A DNA stretch of 63,068 bases, the filler included, from Choristocarpus tenellus KU-1152 (taxonomy: Eukaryota > Protista > Phaeophyceae), in NCBI GenBank assembly GCA_964200185.2. It is 10 parts of 10 records of this genome, joined end to end, with 100 filler letters (N's around TTAATTAATTAA, not from the genome) between each part and the next. Parts side by side here need not be neighbours in the genome. Positions count along the whole stretch, not along the records: positions 1 to 14,245 come from CAXNAD020001247.1; 9 more parts are not named here. One strand, 5' to 3'. Each line of letters begins with the position of its first letter. Positions within the stretch are counted from its first letter, which is position 1. Positions 1-11,155 of this stretch are shown piece after piece. A program made the position numbers and the translations under genes. The notes beneath the pieces were generated by a model. It saw only the letters and a list, made by a program, of their open reading frames with translations, was not told the DNA's origin and made no database searches.

Positions 1-210
1 GTGGGTTTTTTCTTTTTCGGGTGGGGCAGAGGGTTGGGGGGGGGGGGGGGGTTTGGTCTACACCAGAGTGTCCATTTGGGTCAAAACCAGGAAAAGTGCA
101 CTTATATTATCCATCCGACGTATGCAACCAAATCACCCAAAAATCGCGACATGAAAAAATTGACCCCAAATGGACACCTGCCACCCCCCACCCCCCAGAT
201 ACTTTTAGCC
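1..210 (+). mobile_element. MITE family B copy, left end lost at the contig start
   Basis: Colinear with the complete copy at 56540-56719 (gtccatttgggtcaaaa...catccgacgtatgcaaccaaatcacccaaaaatcgcgacatgaaaaaattgaccccaaatggac); ends ccccccagatacttttagcc. Confidence 0.9.
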
Positions 211-399
211 GCTTGAATGCTGGGAGATGAAGGCTAGCAGAACGGTATTGCACCAAGATTATTATGGATGCCATTGAACCAGCCTGTGAGTTTTCACTAC
301 AAGGACTCTACAGTCACCTTCTTCAAGAACGATTCCACTGTTTTGACTTCAACATCAGTGACGGAGATAATTACACCATTGTACTAAAGTCATACTTGG

Positions 400-1210
400 T
401 CCTGCTAGGGCTGATGGCTAGGGTCTTGAGAAACCCCCTCCTCTTCTTGCTGCTTTGCCCAGTGTACCCAAACGTTCGGTACATTCATACCGAATGAATG
501 TATTCTTCCACTGACATAGCCAAGGGTAAGTGTTGGAAGAGCATGATGAACCTAAAGATAGATAATAAGCATGAGCTGGATGCAATCCCAGAGTCCAATC
601 TCCACCCTCTAGAGAACAGAGGTCAAGGCCCCCACAAAAAAATGTCCCATCCCCACATTCAAAGACCCGTTCAACACATAGATCTGTTGTGTAACATCTT
701 CCCAGATCCTCTACAAGAACACAACTCATCCTCCAGTGGCAGGTTACAGCATCTACTGTGAGGGCCTCTAACAGTCAAATGTCTCCTTCCACCCTCAGAA
801 ACCAGGTGGTGGTCCCCAATTACTGCAAACCTCCCTCAGGTCCTGAACGCCGACTCCTCAAATAGGCCAAGTGGATGCCTGCCAATTTGGATGTGCAGCA
901 TGAAAAAAGTTTGCAGGAAGATATTTGCAGGTTGGCTTCACCGCACACCCCTCCAATTCCTGTTGGCAGTAATTTCATGTTTTCCCAAAATGATGTAACC
1001 CTGCACGAAACTAACCCCAGTACATGGTAGCATAGAAAAGACAGAATTTTCATGACACTTAGGAGAAGGGTTACTGATTCTAGACAGGGTGGCATTACTA
1101 GATAGATTGACTAATGATATCTGACTGGGTGAATGAATTCCACAGGTCCAACCATTTAAATAAGGATTTTGGGGGGGTGAGTCCTCAAGCCTTCCTTGAG
1201 TCATCACCTG
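400..1210 (-). pseudogene. Possible highly decayed DIRS-like (tyrosine-recombinase retrotransposon) RT/RNase H remnant
   Basis: Broken minus-strand frames give fragments such as RRSGPEGGLQ*LGTTTWFLR that loosely resemble the GPEF..D..FW.WF segment recalled from algal DIRS pol. Many stops and frameshifts. Confidence 0.25.
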
Positions 1211-2589
1211 GGCTAGTATCTGTTACATTCACATTGTGTTTGTCACATGCTTGTGAATCTCTCACCATACACTGCCTGTGTGGTCAGCCAATTGGTTCTG
1301 CCACCATTTTGACCCCTTGATTGATCTCATTGTTACAACTTCTACAACCAACTCAACTCCTACAGAATTGTTTTCCTCCACAGTTAATCCCATTAATATC
1401 CTCTTCTCTACCATTAGCTCTTTCTCATATTTCTTCCAGGGCTGTCCAATTTTGCATTGCTTGTTCAGTGTAAATCAATCATAAACACAGCCTGCAACCT
1501 TCACCTGTGCTAGGAACTACAGCTCATACAGAATCAGGAGAGTGGTGATGTGGTTCAATATTTGGCACCTTCAATAAGAAACACGCCCCTTTTGTTGTAT
1601 AGAGTTGCTCATTCCTGGTTCACACACTTGCTTCAAAGTACACCATATGTGTAACACATTCCCCCACCACCACCAACCCATGTATCATGTGCCAACTTAA
1701 AATTGTAGTAAGGTAGTTGCAAAGAAAGCAGTACTGCCAAGCTCAAGAAGAGAGAGAGCAGAGTACATTTTTTGTAGCCTAAAAGGTATGTCCAAATAGA
1801 GGTACGTGCTCTCAGTCTCAACTCAAAGCTCATTAATATTGATTGTTGGAAGCCTCAGCTTCTATCTGAAATTTCAACCTGTTGTGAAATGAGGGGTAGG
1901 AGTTGATTCACACACCTTGTAGAGCTCTGAAGGTTGGACATTACCATCCAAATCAGGCAATGGCAAACTAAAAAAAGAACTTTCCACTGGAAAGGATATT
2001 TTTTCAGTCTGTAGCTTACGCAACTGGAGTACTCTCCAGTGCAGCAATTTTAAAGAGTCGATCTTGGTGGGTATGTATTTCTTAAAATTGAATGTCTGGC
2101 AATGCAGATGTTACCATCTTGAATTTGTCCAGTCTATCAACAAATCCATGGTATATGCCATTGCTGTTTCGGTAAATGTAGCAATCTTAAAACAGTTTGC
2201 ATGATGGAGTTAGGCTACACAAACCTCATCAAAAAGCTATCGCTGACGGCATGGGTAAGAACAAGGACCCCAACAACACAATGATAGTACAGCTCCTTCA
2301 TCACACTACCAAACAAAGTTCAATCAACTGGTTATATTTTTGATAGCAAGAAAGTGACACACCTTAACATCGCATGTTGGTGTGAATAGATAGGACGATC
2401 ACGTTAATATTTCACTACGGCTAGTATGAATAGATGACCTGGCATGCCTTCACTGAAGTCTCACATGATGTAGCATTCTCTTTGGTGCACTTCTCTCTAA
2501 AGAAACAAAGATGAGTACGTACAAAGAAAAGTGCAACTTGCGCATGCACCTGACTCTTAACATAGACTCTATTATTAAATCAGTTCGAG

Positions 2590-3920
2590 ATCATCGCTGC
2601 CAGGGAAAACCAGTTCCCACTCTCCCCCTTGGGTCCTCTGGGTCGTCAATATCAAGCCACGACCCCTTCGATCCCTCGCTGGCCGCAGAATCCCTCTGGA
2701 AATCTCTTCCAGAGCCCCCCTGCATAGATTCCATATATTTAATGGCATCCGCAACCAGCAGACTTATCTTAAGAGAGTCTGTCTCCTCCCTCCATAGTCG
2801 AAACTGACGCCTAACCTCCGTTGATATTTCGCAATGGGTCGTTTCTCCTGTGGCACGGGCGCACTGCTCCGTAACGAGTGGGGAAGAGAGCTTCAAAGAA
2901 TGCTTACCAGTATATATAGACATTAAACACGGATAAGGGATCAGGCAGCGTTGAGAATTGGCAAGAGGTTACCTCCCCCAGCTCAACCCTCACAAAACAC
3001 AACGGTCTTGAAGTGGAGACAAGGCTGGCAGCTGGCAACAGGATTCCAAGCTTCAATTGGAATTTTAGAACACTCCATCCAGAAGCCTGCACCTCTTCGC
3101 AGAGTCACACTTACCTTCAGGATCCCACGGTAAATCCCCAACACTTTCTTACGGTGCATGAACTCCTTCAGCCCAACTGTCGATTGCAGGACGGACCTCC
3201 TCGGGCTCGCCCCAGAAGAAGTAGCATGAACAGGCTCTCCCTTACTTCCCCGAGTTGATACTCTTCGCCATCTCGCAATGTGACCTACAAGGGAAGAACA
3301 AATCCTCTCGGGATTTCGACCCATCCCCAAGCTAAGTCCCCACATTGTTGATTGTGATGGTATAGATATTGGTCTCTTCTATCCCGCCATTGCAAGGTTT
3401 GGAGACCTTCTCTTCACAACTTACTATTTTTTACACGCCATATATACCCTGTTCCCCGTAAGTGTGTTCTTGCCCCCATACGCTTCAACATCACCTTCAC
3501 TTCAATGCTTAGAGAGTATAGCAGTCGATAAGGGTCTCAATGCCAACCCGGCCATCTTCCAGGACCTTGTCGTTATCAAGGGAGCTGAGAAAAACGTCAA
3601 GAGGTAATGAGGGAAGACAAAATGTGTGGAATGTAATATGCTAAAAACTCGGAGTTTATGTCCAAGATCAAATCCTAACCAGGATGATGGCCATGACTCT
3701 GAAGGTGCCTGCATCATTCGGACTGGCCATATCCAGCTGAAGACAGAAACCATGTGCTTTCGACCTCCCGACAAGGTAACAGACAGGGCAAATTTGTTGT
3801 TCGGGTCAGAGCTATGAGCAGACTAGCAAGTTTGGCGACCTTGGAAGCACCATCAGCGCTGACACTGTTATCACCACTGAGATCAACTAACGGTTCCAAA
3901 AGGCGTTTGTTCACTTCTCC
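2590..3920 (-). pseudogene. Probable decayed DIRS-like RNase H region
   Basis: Ordered minus-strand fragments EAYGG..LTG, TINN..LGM, KGEPVH, GILKVS, LLVADAI and FPWQR follow the recalled order of DIRS RNase H motifs (SDAS..GG, SIN.LELLGM, GE.VLM, GVLE, N.LAD..SR, WQ). Confidence 0.35.
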
Positions 3921-5029
3921 AAGTTAACCCAGTAAGTGATTTTTATTATATAAACACACCCCCACCACTTGAGTTCAAGATCCAAATGCTCAAGGTCGAA
4001 CTATTTCAGGTCCAATAATGGTTGCGTGACATGGACATTCCAAAAAGGTCCACTATGTCTAGCTCGACCCCTACCATCACAAATTCCTATTATTGCTCTG
4101 TGTCAGATTTCGAAAATGGGAAATAACCAATATGTACTACAGCCACACAAAAATATACTTGTAAAGACAGGGTGAAGCAGTATCGAGTGAACTAACACTG
4201 AAAAAACAGATGTTTTTGTTTGCAGTGCCAATTGCACGAATGGAGGAAGACCGACTGAATACCAAAGAGATTGATATTTGGGAAACTTGCATAAGGAAAG
4301 TGGAAGCGGGGGGGACAGAGAGGAGAAGTGTTTGTGAATGTGCTTCGAAGTCAATCTCGGCAAGTTTGGCATCATAGTTAAGGGATAGTGTACAACGGCA
4401 AAAAATCAACACAGGTGGTACAATGTGTGATTGGCAGAACAATTATTCCATGGGCGAGAAGTATACCAGAAAGTCATCATAGCTTATATACACCATCATG
4501 CAAAATATGTAGCAGTTTTAAGACAGCTCATGTGAGATGAGTTGTGTTTGGATAGATGGACTGGATGTAACCCTAGGTTTCCTTCGTGCAATAGGAACCT
4601 GGTCATCCTAGTAGCATTATAACGTTGATGACATTCTGCCCCAGTTATCGGGTGCTAATAGTGAGTAGTCTCTAAGTCTTAACTGCCCCTTTGAACCAGT
4701 TAAAGATACTTTACTTCCGTTTTTAAAATTATATCCACTGGCATTTTGCAGATGTCATGGGGGGAGAAAGAAGAAACATGTAAGGTAAAGAATTCAACAC
4801 AACAATGACAGAGTCTGTATTCACTCTCCCTTTCTTCTTCATTTTTTGGGCTTTGTTATATGAATATATTTTATAATCTTACTTTCAAGTGCTGAGTGTC
4901 TGCACAGAGTCCTTGTGTCGTCATTAAGAATTGTAAACTCCCTGACATCAATGGCACCATATGGTAAATGATATCTTGGTCATAAATAAAATTACAGCGT
5001 GTGCTAGGTGTGATTGTAGGGACACAGAT

Positions 5030-5875
5030 AGTTCGAACTTCATTCCAGAGCCTCTGCTCCATGTCATCAGGTCCCCTGATGGACTCCAATCATTTTTTTG
5101 GAGAGAGGTAGTGGTTGTGGATGATTCAGGGTCCATCTGAGAAGGAAAACAATATGTATGGTCTGGGCTGCCAAGGTCATTCATGGCGAGTGACCTTGAT
5201 TCCTTTTGCCACCAACCCTGGCCCCTTCTGTTGGGGGTGAACATGTTGAGAAGCTTGACACTAGGTTATTCAACAGAACATGCCAGTGCCAAGTAGAGAA
5301 AGGCTTATTACAACTTTGGAAACGAGCATGACCTCATCCTCGTTCGGTAGCTGCATATTGCAGAACCATGGAGGAACACACACAGGTAGCTTGGTTCTAT
5401 ATGGGAATGGATGCAAGTACCAACCTGGATATTTCAGAACAGCCCCAAAGCATTTAAGAGGGTAGGAGTTTTGCCCTGTTTGTCCGTTAGGGGCTTGACT
5501 TCCCACGTTGTTTTTAATGCCCTCATTCGGTTTTCTGTGTGAGCGCAGTTACCTAAAATGTATAGAACTATAAAAGGTGTGTCTGGAACAAGGATATTAA
5601 CATTATTTGTTGACAAACTTAATAGTCAAAATTCAACACAATCGCAACATTGGATTTATGATTCTGAAAGGACGCAGCTCTACCCTCTTAAATGCTTTGG
5701 GCGAATAAAACTCGAACTCCTCGTAAAAAAGTTCAACATTCTACACCGCAAGCAAGGAAAAGGCAAACCTTTTGCCCCATCACATTTCACCCTTTCTGAA
5801 TATGCTGGCTGCATCGGCAAGTCAGCACTTGCATAGCTGCTGATTGAAATGCCAGTTGGTTCTGTGCCTAAAAAC
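5030..5875 (-). CDS. Putative exons of an unidentified spliced gene (about 5875-5790, 5351-5310 and 5137-5030)
   Basis: Three stop-free segments each preceded by a pyrimidine-rich cag acceptor: FLGTEPTGISISSYASADLPMQPAYSER, LPNEDEVMLVSK and MDPESSTTTTSLQKNDWSPSGD. No recognisable domain. Confidence 0.3.
5443..5702 (-). mobile_element. MITE family A, variant-TIR copy
   Basis: Perfect 22-bp inverted ends cccaaagcatttaagagggtag / ctaccctcttaaatgctttggg; interior homologous to the other family A copies; no clear TSD. Confidence 0.9.
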
Positions 5876-6520
5876 TGTAGTGAGTAGGCAAGTACTGAAC
5901 AGGAAGGGTGCAGCATGAGAAGAAAGTCCGATCCATCAAATGAATGACGCTTCATGCGTGTCATGCACTGAAGTACGCTGGTTAGAGAGAGCGAAACATT
6001 CACAAGGATTTGTCAATTATACAATCTTCCCACGTGGATCGGGTCATGGGCAACCTGTCTCTCAGCTCTTATACCCTCCAACACAACACAAGAAACCACA
6101 ACATATCACAATTCAAATATGGTGTTCCTATTTGAGGATTCTTAACTATTAACATTATAATGAACGAACGATTGAAATCTCGAGACATTGTCTCCAATCT
6201 CAAAATCGATCACTATCGAAAATATGTAACAGATAAACATCTAGTAATTTTCAAGTAAATGTTCCGACTAGAAGAAGAAATATTCAATATCATTAATACC
6301 GGCCGGACCCATTGATTGGTTGGTTATTTATTTATTGACGATTAAACAACAAACGTTCTTACCCAAGAGAAGTTCATCGTGATAGATACCTGAAAGGAAG
6401 AGTCGCCATGGTCTCCTTTTTCCTTTTCCTGCCTTGAGTTTTCATGATTGTCATCTCTTTGCACTTTTATGGTAAGATCGTAGCAATTTTCTTAAGAGGA
6501 AAGTGGGGTTAATCTCTGGA

Positions 6521-6738
6521 GAGCTTAAGTATCTTAGAGGGTAGAGCCGCGTCCATTTGAGGGCCAAAATCCAATGTTGCGGTTTTGATGTAATTTTGGC
6601 TACCATATTTGTTAGGAAGTGTCATATCGTTATTCCAGTCACACCTTTCATAATGCATACACTTCACCTAACCCATGGAAGGCCAAACCCAAACCGACAA
6701 ACAGGGCGAAACTTGTATCCTGTAAGATAATTTCACTC
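6521..6738 (+). mobile_element. MITE family A, internally deleted, TSD TGGA
   Basis: gagcttaagtatcttagagggta...tatcctgtaagataatttcactc, flanked by tgga on both sides. Confidence 0.92.
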
Positions 6739-7353
6739 TGGAGTCTTAGATCAGGAGGAGAAACCTAGATTGAGACGTCTGCACCCCATTCAAACACACG
6801 CTGCCAGGTCTCGGGCTGTAGAGGGGCAACTGTCACGGACAAGCTGCAGCCACCTTGATTCCTAGAGACTCGCTTCCTAAAATGTTACAGTGCACAGGAA
6901 CCCCCTCTGTCTTCAGGAACCCTGCAGTCATACTTTTTTCCACCTTTTCGCATGCATTTTTGAAACCTAACCCTAAACCTTAACCCTAACCTAGCTTGTG
7001 TATAGTACCCATAGCCAGGAAAGGAAACATTCTAGAAGAAGTAGTGGGGGAGTATATTGTGCCCTAGGGAACCATAACCTCTCAAGGACCCACCGCATTT
7101 CGATTCCTCGTACTATTTTTGGAGAATCTAACTCTTACCCTAACCTGTATGTGAAATACAACCCTAAGCTTTGTTTGGAGAAGTGAAAAAAAATGACAGT
7201 AGGGGTTCCCCAAGGACAATGGGAGCTCCTGAAGACAGGGGGGCTCTGTTACTAAACACTCTACAAGCTTACCATGATGGGATGTGTAGCTCCAATCCAC
7301 AAGGCTATATGAAGCTCATAGAAGTCTCCATACTGTAGACGTCGTCAAATATG

Positions 7354-7609
7354 GAGTGAAAGTATCTTAGAGGGTACGAGTTTTTCCCTGTTTGTCAATC
7401 TGGGGCTTGACTTTCCAATGGTTTTTAATTACATTTTACCTACTCCAAAATGTTTCGGAGTAGGTAAAATGTATATGTTATGAAAAGGTGTCCGGAACAA
7501 GGATATTGACATCTACTAGCAAACATGATAGCCAAAATTACATCAAAACTGCAACAGAGGATTCTGGCCCCAAGTGGACGCGGCTCTACCCTCTAAGCTA
7601 CTTTGACTC
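7354..7609 (-). mobile_element. MITE family A, TSD ATG
   Basis: gagtgaaagtatcttagagggta...taccctctaagctactttgactc, flanked by atg on both sides; internal 17-bp hairpin stem. Confidence 0.95.
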
Positions 7610-7869
7610 ATGCTGGATCTCTCACTTTGATTATTCATTTCATTTTTATTGTCAGGGTATGTAAGGACTGAAAACCGCTCGTTTTATGTTATGTACGTTG
7701 AATAATTGTTCGCCATACATGTGAACTGAATACTACAAATATTCTGAAGATACAGTTCTTACACTTTGCGAGTGTGACGACTTTGAACCTTCCCATTTTA
7801 GGGAGTCCATACACAAACTTGCTCGAACCAGTTACAGCGCAGGTAGTGATACGTACCCTAATGTCCTGT

Positions 7870-8450
7870 CACACAACTCCAATCCCAAACTTTTCAAGGT
7901 CGTCTTATAGACATGCCCACCAGCTCTCTTGTCCCGCCATGCTTCCATTTCCACTCACAAGCTCCCCACACATCAATACCTTAGAAAGTTACTCATTCCC
8001 CATGCTAGAAACTGACTCGGCAAATAGGAGACTCCACGTGTGCACGATTGTCTTGATACTCTCATTCCCAAACTTCCTAAGAGTGTTGTAGGATAGGACA
8101 TAATCGGTGCAATTCCGTTTGTGCAAACCTATGCAATGGGGGAGGGTTTTTTGATGATATGGGGTGGAGCTTCAGGTAGTGGACCCGGCAGAATGTCCAC
8201 ATCATATAGCCATATATATCGGAAATTCAAGTACTTCACCTTTTGAGCGCTCAAATATCAAGCTTAAGCACGACATTTGAGGTCCAATCATATAGAACAT
8301 GATCATATTTCCCAAAACAACTCCAAGCTTTCTGAATCCTCCGCCTGATCTCAGCAATAATAGCAGTATAGTCACTGTAGTTCCCTTAAGGTAGACGAAC
8401 GTATCAGTCTAGTTGTAGGTCTGGTCCAGTATCTGAATCCGCACGTCTGT
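7870..8450 (-). mobile_element. RTE-clade LINE, degenerate 3' part of the RT ORF
   Basis: Minus-strand translation TDTFVYL...AEIRRRIQKAWSCF...LYD...CIGLHKRNCTDYVLSY...ESIKTIVH.WSLLFA...MGNE.LSKVLMCGELVSG...CL.DDLEKFGI matches the typical RTE C-terminal region; contains stops and frameshifts. Confidence 0.8.
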
Positions 8451-9256
8451 TTCCGCATCTTAACTAGTAGATCGAAGAAGTGTAGTCTCTTGTGATTAAT
8501 AATCACATGTCAAAGAAGTCAGACGAAGGCCCACCCAAGAACAGGTCCCCACAAGGTATACTGTGGTTGACCTCTGTTCACTTGCATCATGAACTCAAAC
8601 TTAGCCCTTCTTTACCAAGCATCGAATGAGTCAGCAAGTCAACACCTTGAGTAAAAGGATCCCAAAAAGACATACGTCATCCATTATTGCAAGACGCCCC
8701 CCAATCATACCATGATGGGATATGTACCTCCAATTAACAAGGCTGGGCGTGGATGTTGAAGCTTGAAGAACGCATCATAAAGTAAATGTCAGATATTCTG
8801 GATCTCTCACTTCGATGATTCACTTTATTGCTTTAATGGTGGAATTGAAATAGGACTGAACAATGATGTGCCACCTATCTATATATGGTATGATAACGAC
8901 TAAATAATAAATAGTCAAGACTTCAAATATATAAAACCAATGACTTCAAGGTCATAATGGTGTACATGAAACCATCGTCGAGACACATCGTCCGTGAAAC
9001 CATAATAGGTGACTCGTATCACTCATGATGCTGACGCCTCTGTGCAATCAGACCAGTCCAATAGACCCTCTCATCTCTCGTGTCATCAACTGGCTTCTTC
9101 CCTCGATCGTCAATCAGATCTATCCAAACTCAAATGGAACTCAAATGCAACCCAAACGTGGCGTTCTTGTTCCAGATCAACTCATACTACTACTCATTAT
9201 AGTTTTGAAATGTATGTACTTGTGGAATTAGCGGTATAAGAAGTGGACAATATCAT

Positions 9257-9333
9257 GGTGCCATGGTTTAGTTGGTCAGAAAAGGTCGTTGACACCGATA
9301 AGGTCTCGGGTTCGAGATCTGATGGAACATCCA
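9257..9333 (+). pseudogene. Degenerate tRNA-Val(GAC)-like sequence ending in CCA (tRNA pseudogene or SINE head)
   Basis: GGTGCCA-TGGTTTAGTTGG (A-box like), anticodon arm gtcg-TTGACAC-cgat, variable loop aaggtc, T-arm tcggg-TTCGAGA-tctga, then TGGAACAT-CCA. Several stem mismatches. Confidence 0.6.
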
Positions 9334-10100
9334 TTATACGTCGGCGTATCGTAAGTCAGGGGCTATTAGAAATAGAAGTTTAAAATAAAGTCCTGATTGT
9401 AGATCATCAGAAGTCCTTCCAGGAAGCGAGCGTTACGGACTGAGTGTGAGTGTACACCTGTAATAATATCCTGTTTGTTGTAGACCATCCGAAGCCCTTC
9501 CAAAAAGCGTTACGGACTGCTGACTGTACGCCTGTAATAGACTTGTACGCATGTAATAATATTCTGACTGTACACCTGCAATAATGTCCTGTATGTCTCC
9601 ACACCACAAAAACAGAGGGAAACCTATACCCAAGGTGGTGCAGCTGTTGAAACCTTGGATTGAATAAATCGTGATCTCTCGTACGGTGTCAGATCGTTTG
9701 TTGTGAACGGGTGTCACAGTGCAGCGAAGAACAGATGAATTCATGTTGATGAACCTTGGGATATGTTCTGCACAGTACATGAGACCTATGCACACCAAGA
9801 ATGTCCTCATCAAGAGGGCTGTCTTGGAGGTCGCCATACAAGTTATGAACGACCTAAAATTGAAGGACAAGCTCGGGATAGACCCCTACGCCGATGACTC
9901 CTCAGCAGGGTCTTCAGCAGAGGGTCCTCCTACCAAAAAATACATCCTCAGCAACGAGGTACTCAACTGTGTGTGAGGTTCATCATCTCATCTCTCGACC
10001 GTATTTCAGTTTGTATCAAGCCACCTCACAATAAACGCCCTGATCGCGCACATTAACGTAGACCATAAAATCCACAGGTGAAAAGGGATCTCGTGTTGAG

Positions 10101-10359
10101 GAATGAAAGTATCTTAGAGGATAGAGCCGCGTCCATTTGGGGGACAAAATCCAATGTTGCAATTTTAATGTAATTTTGGCTATCATGTTTGTTGAGGGAT
10201 CTCAATATCCTTGTTCCGTACACAACTTTTCATAATGCATGCATTTTACCTACTCCGAAACATTTTGGGGTGGGTAAAATGTAATTAAAAACCCGTCGGA
10301 AGCCAAGCCCCAAATGGACAAACAGGGAAAAACTCGTGACTTCTAAGATACTTTCACTC
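10101..10359 (+). mobile_element. MITE family A, TSD GAG
   Basis: gaatgaaagtatcttagagg...ctaagatactttcactc, flanked by gag on both sides. Confidence 0.95.
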
Positions 10360-10705
10360 GAGGGAGGATGCGGAGGAGGGTACAAAATACCTGGACATCG
10401 TCAAATACTCTGAGGGCGTTACCCTGAACACCAGTGACGAACACACAAGCAAGCAATTACATCATTGTACAACATCGCCATGGGTTAACATCCAAAGATG
10501 GTTCCCTACACCAAACACACAACCTAGACTCTCACAGATCTTACCGACGTTTGATAGTTTCACAATGAACATTGTCACAGGGTTCTCCGGTTTCATATGT
10601 TGCGAAGTTGCTTGTCGAAGAACAGGTTGATTCATACTTTCGCTGTGTTGTACTGATCAACAGAACTCGGCAAAAGAAGGGATATTATGTCGCGGTTACA
10701 TGCTA

Positions 10706-10964
10706 GAGCCAAAGTATCTTAGAGGGTAGAGCCGCATCCACTTGGGGGCCAAAATCCAATGTTGCAATTTGGATGTAATTTTGACAATCGTATTTGTTAG
10801 GAAGTGTCAATATCCTTGTTCTGGACACATCTTTTCATAATGTGTACATTTTACCAACTCCGAAATCTTTTGGAGTAGGTAAAATATCATAAACATCTCG
10901 AGGGAAGCCAAGCCCCAAATGGACAAAGAGGGCAAAACTCGTACCCTCTGAGATACTTTCACTC
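10706..10964 (+). mobile_element. MITE family A, TSD GCTA
   Basis: gagccaaagtatcttagagggta...taccctctgagatactttcactc, flanked by gcta on both sides. Confidence 0.95.
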
Positions 10965-11155
10965 GCTAGTCGTATACGCATCCTCTTCACCCTGTGTTAC
11001 CAGCCCTATTTGTCTTCCTGTTTTATGGGCTCGAATAATCCGCCCAAGTTCAACGAACCGTAAGTACTCTGATCCATCCATCCTTTCCTCGGCCCCTGCC
11101 TCCTCCTCTGTATCCTGCCTCGCTTACTCCTTCTCACCAACCTCTATCTCACTCC

